From NCBI GenBank assembly GCA_965287045.1, contig OZ336885.1, positions 17,236,001-17,300,000 on the forward strand: 64,000 bases of DNA, written 5' to 3'. Position numbers and translations under genes: made by a program. The stretch is from Carcharhinus amblyrhynchos (Eukaryota). The notes beneath the pieces were generated by a model that searched no databases, was not told the origin of the DNA, and saw only the letters and a program-made list of their open reading frames with translations. Positions 25,500 to 37,737 of this stretch are shown one piece after another. The first letter of the stretch is position 1. The number at the start of each line of letters is the position of its first letter.

Positions 25500-26270
25500 T
25501 CTTTGCCTCCCCCAGCTCCTCACGTCAGTGTTTTGTGCTTACTCCACAGTGCCTGTTCGCGATTAGCATGTGGCACTGGTAGTAATCCTGAAATCAGTAC
25601 CTTAGAGGTCCACTTTTCAACTTGTTTCCTAACTCCCTTTCTTCTGCTTTTAGGACTTCGTTTTTTGCTTTTACTTTGTCTTTTATACCAATGTGTACCA
25701 CAACCACTGGCAATCCACTTTTCCCATCCAGAATGCCACACTGAGACATCCTTGACCCCAGCACCAGGCAATATACCATCCTAGATTCTCGTTTGCGGCC
25801 ACAGAAACGCCTATCTATTCTCCTCATAACTGAATCCCCTGTGACTATTGCAATCCCACAATTTTCACTCCTCTCCTGTGCAGCAGAGCCAACCGTGGTA
25901 CAACAAATTTGGCTGTCGCTGCTTTCCCTGGGAGGTCATTCTTCTCAACAGTATCCAAAGTGGTACATCTGTTCTGCAGGGGAATGGCCACAGAAGATTC
26001 CTGCACTGTCTGCCCGGTCTTCTTGTTCTGCCATTCCCTTCCTGCCTGTAAAGTCTTAGCCTGCAGTATGCCACTTCTCTATTCATGTTATCCATGAAAG
26101 ACTCCACCTGGTGGATCCTCCACACTGTCCCCAGCTAACACTCAGCTCTGATATTCGGGCTTTCAAGAGCTGCACTGGAGATACTTCCTGTGCACATGTT
26201 GTCTCCGGGCACTGGAAATGTTCCTGATTTCCCACATAAAGCAGGAGGAACACACCATGGCTCTTCTGCC
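25500..26270 (-). mobile_element. CR1 ORF1 (esterase/SGNH-type) remnant
   Basis: RRIDRRFCGRKRESRMVYCL..PVVVVHIG..ISGLLPVPHA. Confidence 0.8.
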
Positions 26271-26901
26271 AAAACTTACCCCTTTAAATTAAACCTTTTG
26301 GAAGGTATCAATTGCTTAATGAACATTCTTCCTTGGCCCACGTTACTACAGAAAACAGCCCTTACAAACTATAGACCATAAAATGAAGACCTTTCAGACT
26401 ATCAGTGATAAATACTTATTTGACTGGATTCACCCAGTGATCTGCTTTCACTTGCTCCCAGTCACTTTTAATAATGTCACCACCTCAGGAATTCCAAACT
26501 CCAAGCTAGCACTCAGATTTCTCATTGCGTTCTCAAGGGTTTTCCTATGGTGTGACCTCTTTGCTTTTATCAACAAGAATTGTCAGTAAGGATATTTTTC
26601 TCCAGTAGCTGGATCACCTTCTGTACTGTCTTGCAGCAGCACAGTGGTACCTTCTGCTGTGCCATTCGCTTTGGCACTCCCTGCTGGCTCTGCATCCCCT
26701 GAGCCTGCTCCTCCCCTCCCACATCTCTCTCCCCGCGACGATGCCTGCAGACACCTGACCTCCTCTCCCTTTTGTCCCTCGCTTCTTCCTCAGAGGAGGT
26801 GCCACCAGTGGAGCACACGATCCCCATCTGCTGAAAGCAGATAGCATTGTGCCATACACTGACGGATGCAATGGGCATATATGCCCCAACAGAGTTAAAA
26901 T

Positions 26902-27187
26902 AATAGAATCCTATACTGCAGAAGGGGGCCATTCAGCCCATCGAGCCTGCACTGACCACAAACCTGCCCAAGCTGTTTTCCCATAACCCCATGCATTTAC
27001 CCTGGTTCATCCCTCAACACTAAGGGGCAATTTAGTAATTCCTAATTTTGGACTGTAGGAGGAAACCCACGCAGACACAGGGAGAACGTGCAAACTCCAC
27101 ACAGACAGTGACCCAAACCGGGAATCGAACCTGGGTCTCTGGCACTGTGAGGCAGTAGTGCTAGCCACTGTGCCACCGTGCTACCCC
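26902..27187 (-). mobile_element. HE1-type SINE, type A
   Basis: Reverse head, V-domain and tail. Confidence 0.85.
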
Positions 27188-27562
27188 AAAACAAAGCAAA
27201 ACAAAAGAGTCCTCAAAACAAAGCTAACAAAACAAATGCTTCAGAAGCAAACTGAAGATATGGTCTGAAATATCAGCACTAAAGCAACAGCAAACTCTCA
27301 CCTGAATTGCTAACAATTCATACATCCATCGTTCTGGCTCACGCCTTTGATCCCACATGGAATGAATAAAGTGAAAAATCCGGATAGGCGCCTGCTCTTG
27401 TGTCAACCTACAGGAGAAAATTGTACAGGCTACATGAAATTCCAGTCGATGGCCCTTTTAATTACCTTAACTAGCTGATTAACTGTCAGTGTGTGTGCTT
27501 CCGACTCCCATGCATGCTCACCAACTGAAATATCGTGCGAATACCCAATGACATTGTACGCA

Positions 27563-27845
27563 CGCACAGTGGTTAGCATTACTGCCTCACAGCGCCAGCG
27601 ACCCGGGTTAGATTCCCAACTTGGGTCACTGACTGTGTGGAGTTTGCACACCTTCCCTTTGTCTGCATGGGTTTCCTCCAGGTGCTCCAATTTCCTCTCA
27701 CAGTCTGGTTAGGTGCATTGGCCATGCTAAATTCTCCCTCGGTGTACACAAACAGGCACCAAAATATGGCGATTAAGGGATTTTCACAGTAACTTCATTA
27801 GAGTGTTATTGTAAGCCTACTCGTGACTAATAAATAAACTTAATT
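27563..27845 (+). mobile_element. HE1-type SINE, type B
   Basis: Head, V-domain and tail B. Confidence 0.85.
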
Positions 27846-27874
27846 TCACTTTGTTTTTAATGTCTTCTCGCACA

Positions 27875-28237
27875 ATGACAGGGATGGATAGAGTAGAGGT
27901 AGAGACATTCTTCCCGCTTAGAAAGGACAGCAGGAGTAGAGGACACAGCTTCAAGATAAGGGGGGGCAGTTTAGATCAGAGTTGAGGAGAAACTTCTTCA
28001 CTCAAAGGGTGGTGAATCTTTGGAATTCTCTGCCCGTTGAAGTGGTGGAGGCTACCTCACTAAATATATTTAAACCATGGGTAGATAGGTTTTTGATGGA
28101 CAAGGGAATTAAGGGTTATGGGGAGAAAGCGGGAAAGTGGAACTGACCCACTTCAGATCAGCCACGATCTTATTGAATGGCAGAGCAGGCTCGAAGGGCT
28201 AGGTGGCCTACTCCTGCTCCTATTTCTTATGTTCTTA
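27875..28237 (+). mobile_element. CR1 3' fragment, sister of the young subfamily
   Basis: High similarity to 6265-6550; ttcttatgttctta tail. Confidence 0.9.
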
Positions 28238-28404
28238 CAATTTGATTTACTTCCAGGTCGGCAGCACGCCCAAGAATAACATGTAAAACTACGGCCTATG
28301 TTTCACTCTCCTCTGTTGTGTTACCTGATGCAGCAAACCCACTGATCCTTCTCTAAGAGCTTGGTCATTTCTTTCCTCATTCATGTTGGGCACAGCCTGT
28401 AAGG

Positions 28405-28640
28405 CTGACAATTATTTCATTCCATCCCTAACTGTCCTTGAAAAGGTCGTGGCGAACCATCACTTTGAATCGTTGTGATGTTGTCCGGTAGAGTGTTCCA
28501 GAATCCTGGCCAAACAACAGTGAAGGAAAGATGAAGTATTTCCAAGTCAGGAGTATCTTGTTCTGGCAATGTAGCTGTTTATATCTTCGCTGCTGAAGAG
28601 ACCTTTGGCTACTTTGAGCAGCAAAGGGTCTTTAAAGCTT
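28405..28640 (-). mobile_element. Old LINE 3' fragment, same family as 58457-59412
   Basis: ccatccctaactgtccttgaaaagg is the reverse of the shared tail. Confidence 0.55.
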
Positions 28641-28864
28641 GTTTTTGCTGGAGAAGGGGAGAAATCAAATAACAAGTGTTTTGAAGCAAGGAAAATACAA
28701 AACCAGATGTTCAATCATTCTTGCCATTTTATACGTCGGCCTCTTAAACTGGAGAAAAGACTCTATTATATTGCGCTTTACCATGCCTCTCCAAACCTTT
28801 GAGAACACTTCTCATGCACTAAAATACTTTGAAGTGGACCAACTATTGCAAAAGTAAACACAGA

Positions 28865-29160
28865 AGTCATTTTACACAAGGCAATGGACCCATTAAAAAC
28901 AATGAAATTATAGAGCTATTTTTGGCGATATTGGCTGAAAACTTAGTGGAAGCTGGGCCACCGGGAAAGCTGTCTTCTCAGAATAATGGCATGGGGCCTT
29001 TAACAACCTCCCACATCAGAACAGGAAGATAAGACCACCGTTTAACTTATCCAAGGGACATTGTACTGAAAGTCAGACTAAGGTGTTATTTTCGAGTCCC
29101 AAAGAGGGACTAGAGCGCACAGCCTTCTGATTCAGAGGCAAGATTGCTGGCTGTTGAGCA
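28865..29160 (-). mobile_element. Decayed SacSINE1-like DeuSINE
   Basis: ccttctgattcagaggcaag head and Deu-domain remnants, homologous to 51303-51657. Confidence 0.55.
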
Positions 29161-29720
29161 GCGAATGCAAAACAGTAACCTCACCAACTCAGGGAATCTT
29201 GGGATGGTTGTGGAGCAGATGGAGTCCATTTGACCCATCGTGTCCATGCCAGCTCTCTTGTGAGATCAACTCAACTAGTCCCACTCCTCTGCCTTTAACC
29301 TGTCGCTCTGAAAATCTTCTCTCTTTGAGTATTTATCCTTCACCCAATGAACTCTTTTCCTTAAAAGAGGCCAATGAACTCTTTTAAGATAACAACTGTT
29401 CTTTACAGACCAAAATTTTATATGGTGCAACTGTAGAGTTGTCTTCAAGAATGATAAAGGATACCAAAATCAATTATTATAGTTCAGCACATATCTGTTT
29501 GCCGAGATCCCTCTTGCTGTTGTTAACAGTGTTGTGTGGCAGACAGCCAGCAGAGGGACCTATTTAAGATGATCACATTGTGGCAGGGCCATAACATATG
29601 CACACATGAAGGAGTCCTGAAGAAATGCATCAAGACACACCCACAAATTACAAAAGATACCTGCTTTAATCATATTTCTTACACTGGATGGGGTGTTAGA
29701 TTACACAGTTGCTATAGATG

Positions 29721-30042
29721 GGAAGGCAATGATGTAGTAGCTTGACTACTAATCCAGAGACCCAAGGAAATGCTGTGGGGGCCTGGGTTCAAATCCCACC
29801 AAAGCAGATGGTGAAATTTGAATTCAATAAAAAAATCTAGAATTAAAACTCTAAGTTTGACCATGAAACCATTATCAATTGTTTTAAAAATCCATCTGGT
29901 TCATTAATGCCCTTATTTGGTCTGGCCTACATGTGACTCAAGGTCCACAGCAATGTGGTTAACTTTTAAATGCTCCAAGGGTTGGCAATAAATGCTGGTC
30001 TAGTCAGCAACGCCCACATCCCTTGAAAGAATTTTTTAAAAA
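29721..30042 (+). mobile_element. tRNA-SINE family C
   Basis: Matches 253-610. Confidence 0.85.
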
Positions 30043-30519
30043 CTAGAAATTATGGGTGGAATTCTCCAATCTTGGGCCATGCTGGGGGCAGGAACATGGA
30101 GGCTATCCCGCTGTGGAGGCCAACATGGAAACATGCCAAATCTTCCAACCCAACCTTATTAATTATTTACCTGGATGTTTTACACTGTATTGTGTGGTGA
30201 GACAGGGTAGATAGTATGTAGTCCATCCTCATGTCGAAGTGCTTATTGAAAAGGCGTCCAACATCACTGTCCCACTATTGAAGAAAGAAGGTGGACCTCC
30301 TGGAAATGAAGAGAGATCTCTGGGAGCACTGTGAGAATGGGGGAACGGACCTCCTGAGAACACAACTAGAACTTTAGGAACATTCTGAAGCTGAAAGATA
30401 GTCCCCCTCCATGGCACTGAATCTAGAAGGACTACCTGCAGATGTTATCCCTGACCCACTGATGTGGTATTCCGGGGTCCAGGGTTGTATGCAGCCTCCA
30501 TTCTGAACTCTGAAACTGT

Positions 30520-31128
30520 AGAATAAAGAGTAGGGATGTACTGCTGAGGCTGGATAAGGCTCTGGTCAGACCCCATTTGGAATATTCTGAGAAGTTTTGG
30601 GCACCATACCTGAAGAAGGATTTGCTGGCCTTAGAGGTAGTCCAGAGGACGTTCGCAAGATGATCCCAGGAATGAAAGGTTTGCCATTTGAGGACCGGTT
30701 GAGGACTTTGGCTCTATACTTGATGCAGTTTAGAAGGATGAGAGGGGATCTAATCAAAACTTACAAAATACTGAGAAGCCTAGATAGAGTGGACATGGAG
30801 AGGATGCTTTCACTAGTGGGAGAGGCTAGAACTCGAATGCACAACCTCAGAGTGAAGGGACGTCCCTTTAAAACTGAAGTGAGGATGAATTTCTTCAGCC
30901 AAAGGGACATGAATCTGTGGAACTCATTGCCACAGAAGGCTGTGGAGCACAGGTCAATGAGTGTCTTTAAAGCAGAGATAGATAGGTTCTTGATCGATAA
31001 GGGAATCAAGAGTTATGGGAGACGACAGGAGAATGTGGATAGGAATCATATCAGCCATGATTGAATGGTGGAGCAGACTCGATGGGCCGAAAGGCTTAAT
31101 TTTGCTCCAATATCTTATGGTCTTATGG
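30520..31128 (+). mobile_element. CR1 3' fragment
   Basis: ORF 30597-31064: FRRMRGDLIKTYKIL..NFFSQR..LWNSLP; tcttatgg tail. Confidence 0.9.
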
Positions 31129-31324
31129 AGGCAGTCCGAGGCATTGTTCAGATGAGTCCTGATATCTTCTTGCCACATTTATCCGAACCCGTTGCGAGTT
31201 GATGTGTTTTCCTCCCAACGTCTAGTGTACGGGTGGTTGGGTCTTGATCAGAATCTCATTAACAAGATGCAAATGAAGTGCCTGCTGATCTCTGGTGGGT
31301 TTTCAAACCTGCCATAGTGGGCAC

Positions 31325-31476
31325 TAGTGAAAGATCTGCCATCCTTACCTGCTCTGACCAATATGTGACTCTACAGCAATGTGGTTGACTCTTAGATGCT
31401 CTCTGGTGCCATTCTGGGATGGGGAATAAATGCTGGCCTAGCCAGTGACTCCTACATTTCATGAAAGACTAAAAAA
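31325..31476 (+). mobile_element. tRNA-SINE family C, 3' half
   Basis: Shared body and tail. Confidence 0.75.
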
Positions 31477-33344
31477 TGTTTGTAAAATTGCAGTTGCTTG
31501 CCTTGGTATGTGTTGCATTACAAGCACCTAAACAAATGTAACAGAGCATGCTCATGTATTACTCCTCTCAAGTAAAGCACCACTGCTTACTGGCATCCTT
31601 GAGTATTTCAAAGTCTTTTTCAAGTAAAGGTAGTGATAATTTGACTGCATTAGAAAATATTAAATCATTGTTGATTTCACCATTGCTGTGGAATGTCATT
31701 CAAAGGATATCACAACACTTAAAAGTTGGTTTTCCAAAATAATGCATCACTTGATTAAGATGTTCAGAACCCGAACAGTGTATTTATATTAGACAATCTA
31801 AAACAATGTTCCATTTATCACTGAAATGCAGAATTTACCTACAATATTCCTATCATTAAAAAATGTTTCATTCACGAAAGATTCAATGAATCACTTACTT
31901 AACATACAAAATTTGAAAGGAAGAGTAACAAGGGTGCTCTGTACATTTTAAACAATGAAAATTGCATGGTCAAATCTTTCCGTGACCTTACCCCTCCCTA
32001 TCACTGTAATCTCCTCCATCCCCTTAACCTTTCAAGATCTCTATACTCCTCTAATTCTGGCCTCTTGAGAATCCCTGATCCACCATTGGTGGGCGTGATA
32101 CAACACAGATACACGCGAGCAGCTATTGCCTTCCACAAAATAATTGACAGAGTTCCTTGCACTGCATTCATTCACAAAGCTGCTGTAGTATTTCGCTGTG
32201 TATTCAGTGTGTTTCCCATTTGGAGTTGCCAACTGTCCGTCAAAAATTTAATCAAAGCTTCAAGTGTCTGGCGCTGAAGTTTCAGTCTTTCCCCGAGAAC
32301 TTCACATCAGCTGAAGCGATCGGTTCATGTCATCACATTGTACCGCAGCTAATCAGATCTCCGATGATTTCATGCATTCTGATAACTCACGTGAAAGCTC
32401 CTTCACAGTAAAACCTCCCAACTTTCCAGAAGCTCAACTGAATAGTAAAAAAAGATGCTAACTACTTTTGCTTTCCTTCACTGGGGTTGTTCATAGTGGC
32501 TCAGTTTTCCTAATTTAAATTTGTCTGCTTAAAATGGACATGAGCAGATCTGGATGAATAGCATTGGCATCTGAACAAAATGTAAAGTTGGATTCCTGCC
32601 AAATTCTCCATTTTAACTCTCCCGAGGGGAGTCAACACCCGACCAAGGGAAGGGTTGCTCACTGGAATCACAGCTGTTCGCATCTTGCATGTCTTTGCAT
32701 ATTTCACAATCCGCTCATTTACAGTGAGCCGTGGTCTGCCCACAGGTAAGATCACATTGCAGCACATTCTACATCCCAAAGTGACATTTGTCCTATAAAT
32801 TAATTACTTCGCTGTGCACCTATTACGTCAGAAAAAAAAAGCATGATATTAATCTTCTCTCACATCCTTACGACTGGAAAGAGAGAGAGAGAGATGAGGA
32901 GGTACCTGGGAGAGATGTAGTTAAAGACTTAAATATATCCAGAAGGTAGAAATCAAGGGCTCAGTTTAGCAACATTTATATCAAGCTCCTACGGTGAAAT
33001 TGGGAGCCCAATTTAAAATGGTCTCTTATGATTCAGGAATCACAGCTGCCAGTTTAATAGTTTTTACAGCACTCCTTGTGGGCCAGGAGCAGCACGAAAG
33101 ACACCGACCTTCAGCTTTATGACTGCAGCCTCCCTCTTCCTTGCCGTCATGTTTGCCAGCCTCACCAATGGTCTCTGTCTTTCCTCATTACATTTCCCAA
33201 ACTACTCCCCCATACCCCACAAAACCAATTTTTTTCAGGACCAACCAATGCCCCCTCCCCTTCCCCACCCCCCCATTCCCCCATCACCACCATTCCCTCT
33301 CCACACAGCTCCCAACTCTCTTGCCACTGGTTTTCCCTCTTGGT

Positions 33345-33880
33345 TGATTCAGAGCAGTTTGACTATCTCGGATGATTGAAGGCTTGGAGGAGATTATAGA
33401 GATAGGGAAGGGCAAGGCAATGGAGGGATTTGAAATCAAGGATAAGAAGTTTGAACTCAAGTGCTCTTTAAACCTTGAGCTAGTAGCAACCAGCGTGTAC
33501 AGGGATGATGTGTGAATGTGATTTGCTGCGTGCTAATCTTGGATGACTTCAAGTTTACGGAGTGTAGAATGTGGGAGGGCAGCCAACAGTGTGCTAGAAA
33601 GCTCAAGCCTGAAGATAACAATGAAATGGATAAAGGGTTTCAGCAGATGATGACCTGAGGCTGGGGCAAATTATGTTTTTGTTACCAAGGTGGAAAACGG
33701 CAGCCTTAGTGATGGCATGCATGTGTGATTGGAAGCTCATCCTGGGGTCAAATATGACATTGAGGTTGAAAAAAAATGTGATTTAGCCTCAGACAGTTGC
33801 CAGGAAGAGGGATGCAGTCAGTGATGGGAAGCAGAGTTTGTGGTGGGGACCCAAGACAATGCCTTCAGTCTTCCTAAAAT
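33345..33880 (-). mobile_element. L2-like LINE 3' fragment
   Basis: Purine-rich degenerate L2 ORF2 end in reverse; a related plus-strand piece lies at ~31960-32080. Confidence 0.55.
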
Positions 33881-34517
33881 TAAATATTTAAGAGGAATTT
33901 CAGTGCCCCAAAGTATTTCTATATCTTCTCAGTGTTGTGTCTCTATGTTTTCCCTTGAGGATATTCTTTTTTAATTTATTTGCTGGCTTGCTGCTTTGTT
34001 TACATTTTTCCCAGTGTTTAATGTTTCTTCCTGCAAAATCCTTGTGGTTTTCTGTTGGAGTTAGAACAGGATTTCATCTTGAGCTGCCCTCACTGACAAC
34101 TATCATTGTGGCTGATGAATTTTGTTGTGTGCCTCTCTGTCACATATTATTTATTAAGAAGGCAAAGAGAAAAGAAAAACCCACTGCCCAAAGTCCAGGA
34201 GGATACCAAGGTTGAGAAGAATAAAAGATAGGGGGTAAATGAATAAATGTTGTTCAAGGTATAAAGCGGGCAATGCTGGAAATTTGCTACTGGATTGCCA
34301 ACATCCAGATGGAGAGAGATGGAAGGATGTTCAAGTATAGTAATTTCATCAGAACTGGAAATTGGGAGAGCAGCAATGCCCCAAGTAGAATAAAATCAAT
34401 AATTTGGGGAGTGATGAGTGGATTTTTTACATCGATACGATGCCATGTTAAATTTTGAATGTAAGCCTCACTACAGGATTTATACAAACAATCCAGGATA
34501 TCACTTCAGTGACATCT

Positions 34518-35008
34518 CTGCAGTGCAGAAGGAGAACATGTGGCCCATTGGGTCTGTACCAACTCTCTGATAGAGCATCTTACCTAGATATTATCCTTGC
34601 AACCCCACATATTTACCCTGCTAATTCTCCCTACCTATAATAGGAATTGACCATGCTAAACTGACCCTAGTGTAAGGGGGTTTAACATGTAAATGAGAGT
34701 TATGGGGAAAGGGCCTGGGTAGGATTGTGGTCGATACAGGTTCGATGGACCAAATGGCCTCCTTTTGTACTAAATGATTCTATTCTATGATTCAATACAC
34801 CTTGAGTCACTAAAGAACAATTTAGCCTGGCCAACCCACCTAACCCACATATCTTTGGACTGTGGGAGGAAACCGGAGCACCCAGAGGAAACCCACGCTT
34901 GCATGGGGTGAACATGCAAACTCCACACAAACACCCAAAGCCAGAATATAACTTGTGTCCCTAACGCTGTGAGGCAGCTGTGCTAACCACTGTGCCACGG
35001 CGTTGCCC
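34518..35008 (-). mobile_element. HE1-type SINE with an antisense HE1 3' fragment (34640-34795) nested
   Basis: Both orientations of the HE1 tail are visible. Confidence 0.8.
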
Positions 35009-35323
35009 GAATGCTGCACTGTCAGATGTGCTTTTTTTCAGATCAGAAGTTAATTCCAGGTCCTGCTTTCATAGAAAATGTCACATCAAACAATACAAGA
35101 GCAAAGTGTTTCAGCCAACATTCTGCCCTCAATTAATCCTATTATGGAATAGGATTCATTAATAATGAATCTAATTTAAAACCAGAGACTCCCAACAGTG
35201 CAGATTTAGCACATCGAGTCTGCACCAACTCTCTAAAACAGCATCCCCTCCAGGCCCTCCTTTCTATCCCTGTAACCCTGTGCATTTCCAGGTTTTAGTC
35301 CAACCTATTTATTTGATAATATA

Positions 35324-35363
35324 CTCATAAGCTTTCGAGGGGACTGCCTCTTCGTCAGGTGAA
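35324..35363 (-). ncRNA. Minimal hammerhead ribozyme (left-arm copy)
   Basis: Minus strand UUCAC-CUGACGA-A-GAGG-CAGUCC-CCUC-GAAA-GC-UU-AUGAG; the first helix I pair is mismatched. Confidence 0.7.
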
Positions 35364-35764
35364 TGGAGAGTTCTGGCCTCAGACAGAGCATATAAAGCAC
35401 AGACAGTTTAGAGATTACTGATTAAAATGCGAATCCTTACACCTAACCTGCTGTTCAAGACCTGAAGTGGCTGATAATGTGAGTGGAAGGAGCACTGATC
35501 ACAGTTTAAAGAGATATGTATTGTCTCCAGACAGTACAGTAAGTGAGGTTTTGCAAACCCAGGCAAGTCACAGGGGTTACAGATAGTGCGACATGAACCC
35601 AAGATCCCTGTTGAGACCGTCCTCATGTGTGCGGAACTTGGCTATCAGTCTTGGCTCAGCGACTCTGCGCTGTCGTGTGTCGTGAAGGCCGCCTTGGAGA
35701 ATGCTTACCCGAAGGTCAGAGGCTGAATGCCCGTGACCACTGAAGTGTTCGCCAACAGGAAGGG

Positions 35765-35974
35765 ACAGTCACCAGGCAAGACTGTTCCCTTCCTGTTGGC
35801 GAACACTTCAGTGGTCACGGGCATTCAGCCTCTGACCTTCGGGTAAGCATTCTCCAAGGCAGCCTTCACGACACACGACAGCGCAGAGTCGCTGAGCAGA
35901 GACTGATAGCCAAGTTCCGCACACATGAGGATGGTCTCAACAGGGATCTTGGGTTCATGTCGCACTATCTGTAA
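35765..35974 (+). pseudogene. Penelope GIY-YIG endonuclease C-terminal fragment (mirror copy on the minus strand of the left arm)
   Basis: TVTRQDCSLPVGEHFSGHGHSASDLRVSILQGSLHDTRQRRVAEQRLIAKFRTHEDGLNRDLGFMSHYL*; PVxxHF..H, E and GLN motifs. Confidence 0.85.
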
Positions 35975-36187
35975 CCCCCGTGACTTGCCTGGGTTTGCAA
36001 AACCTCACTTACTGTACTGTCTGGAGACAATACACATCTCTTTAACCTGTGATCAGTGCTCCTTCCACTCACATTGTCAGCCACTTCAGGTCTTGAACAG
36101 CAGGTTAGGTGTAAGGATTCGCATTTTAATCAGTAATCTCTAAACTGTCTGTGCTTTATATGCTCTGTCTGAGGCCAGAACTCTCCA

Positions 36188-36227
36188 TTCACCTGACGAA
36201 GAGGCAGTCTCCTCGAAAGCTTGTGAG
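36188..36227 (+). ncRNA. Minimal type I hammerhead ribozyme of the Penelope pLTR
   Basis: UUCAC-CUGACGA-A-GAGG-CAGUCU-CCUC-GAAA-GC-UU-GUGAG: intact CUGANGA/GAAA core, helices I and II, palindromic AAGCUU helix III. Confidence 0.8.
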
Positions 36228-37644
36228 TATATTATCAAATAAATAGGTTGGACTAAAACCTGGTGTTGTCAGACTTTTTACTGTGTTTACGCCAGTCCAA
36301 CGCCGGCATACCCACATCATGACCCTGTGCATTTACCATGGCTAATCCACCTAACCTACACATTTTAGCGTCGGGGGATTAGCAGAGTAAATATGTGGGG
36401 TTACACAGATAGGGCCTGGGTGGGATTGTTATCGGTGCAGACTCAATGAGCTGAATGGACTTCCTCTGCATTGTAGGAATCCTATGATTCTATGATCTTT
36501 TGACACTATGGGCAATTTAGCATGGCCAATTCACCTAAACTACACACCTTTGCAACACGGAAAGAAACTGGATCACCTGAAGGAAACACATGCAGATACT
36601 GGAAGAATGTGCAAACGCCACATAGACGGTCACCCAAGGCCAGAATTGAACCTGGGTCCCTGGCACTTGTGAGGCAGTAGTGCTAACGACTGTGCCACCA
36701 TGCCACTCCCATTGGGTGTGTGTTGGCTGCTCACCACTATGTTTACAATAGTGACTGCGCTTTGAAAGTATTTAATTTAGCTGTGAAGCACTTCGGAAAA
36801 ATTCTAAGGCCAATATACAGAATAATTAGAAGGTTCTCACTTCATTTGCCTGGGATAAGAATGGATGAAATTTACCTTAATAAGAATGTTACTGGAAAAC
36901 TATTGCATTGAATTTTACTGACATAAATCATTCCTGTATATATTAGAGTATCACAAGTTTACCTGCTGCAACCAGTCTTTACTTTGTAGTAAAATAATCC
37001 ATCATTTTCTTCACAAAGGCCATCATTAATAAGCTTTGTGAATTATAGGAAACGTCTTAATGTTTCTTAGGCTAGGTTAGCATTTATATATTTCTGGGCG
37101 GTTGCTGTGTGATAACTTGTCAGGCACCACTTGGAATCACATGAACACCTTCAAGTGGTCTAAATGCTAAATGCAATTGTAAGCTTATGAAGTTTAAAAG
37201 TATACGAAACTAGGGAACATAGAGACATGAATCCTTTTGGAACTAGATCAGCATGGCAGTTAGGTAGAAACACAAGAAAAAAATTATGACTGCCAAAATA
37301 TAGCACATTTAATTAGACATATGCAGCAAGTAAGTACAGAAAATGGAACAGAATTAACAAGAAAGGGACTTGGAAACAGTAATAGACTTGGCACCTCTGG
37401 TGTCTAGACAATGGAGTGTAGTAGGCATGCCCACATTTTTTCTAACCTTTGAAAGCACCTTAGGGTGATGAATGGAACCACAAGAGCTACCGATAAAGTT
37501 TAAATCAATGTCCTGTTAACTCACATTATATCCAAAGCCAAAGAAACTGATGGATTTTGGTACTCTGGCTTAGGATTTATCCATCTTTTCCAAATCTCCA
37601 GGCCGACAAATAATCAAACAGGGAAAATCACCAAAAGCCCAAAA

Positions 37645-37737
37645 GGGAAAATGCTGGAAAATTTCAGCAGGTCTGGCAGCATCTGTAAGGAAAGAAATGA
37701 GCTGACGTTTCGAATCCAGATGACCCTTTGTCAAAGC
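37645..37737 (-). mobile_element. Penelope-like 3' end (second family) with core-mutated hammerhead
   Basis: Minus strand GCU-UUGACAA-A-GGGUC-AUCUG-GAUUC-GAAA-CG-UC-AGC. Confidence 0.65.

Larger units (their letters stand above)
35288..36321 (+). mobile_element. Penelope-like retroelement, 5'-truncated with inverted pLTR copy (palindrome)
   Basis: Arms 35288-35770 and 35780-36263, 9-nt spacer, unpaired 3' extension 36264-36321, 13-bp TSD ACCCTGTGCATTT (35275-35287 and 36322-36334). Confidence 0.92.
35185..36710 (-). mobile_element. HE1-type SINE hosting the Penelope palindrome and an antisense HE1 fragment (36367-36495)
   Basis: SINE pieces 35185-35287, 36322-36366 and 36496-36710. Confidence 0.8.

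Noticed and set aside
35408-36143. Duplicated 72-aa ORFs as a gene pair
   Set aside because: They are off-frame readings of the two palindrome arms; the real coding remnant is the GIY-YIG frame 35765-35974
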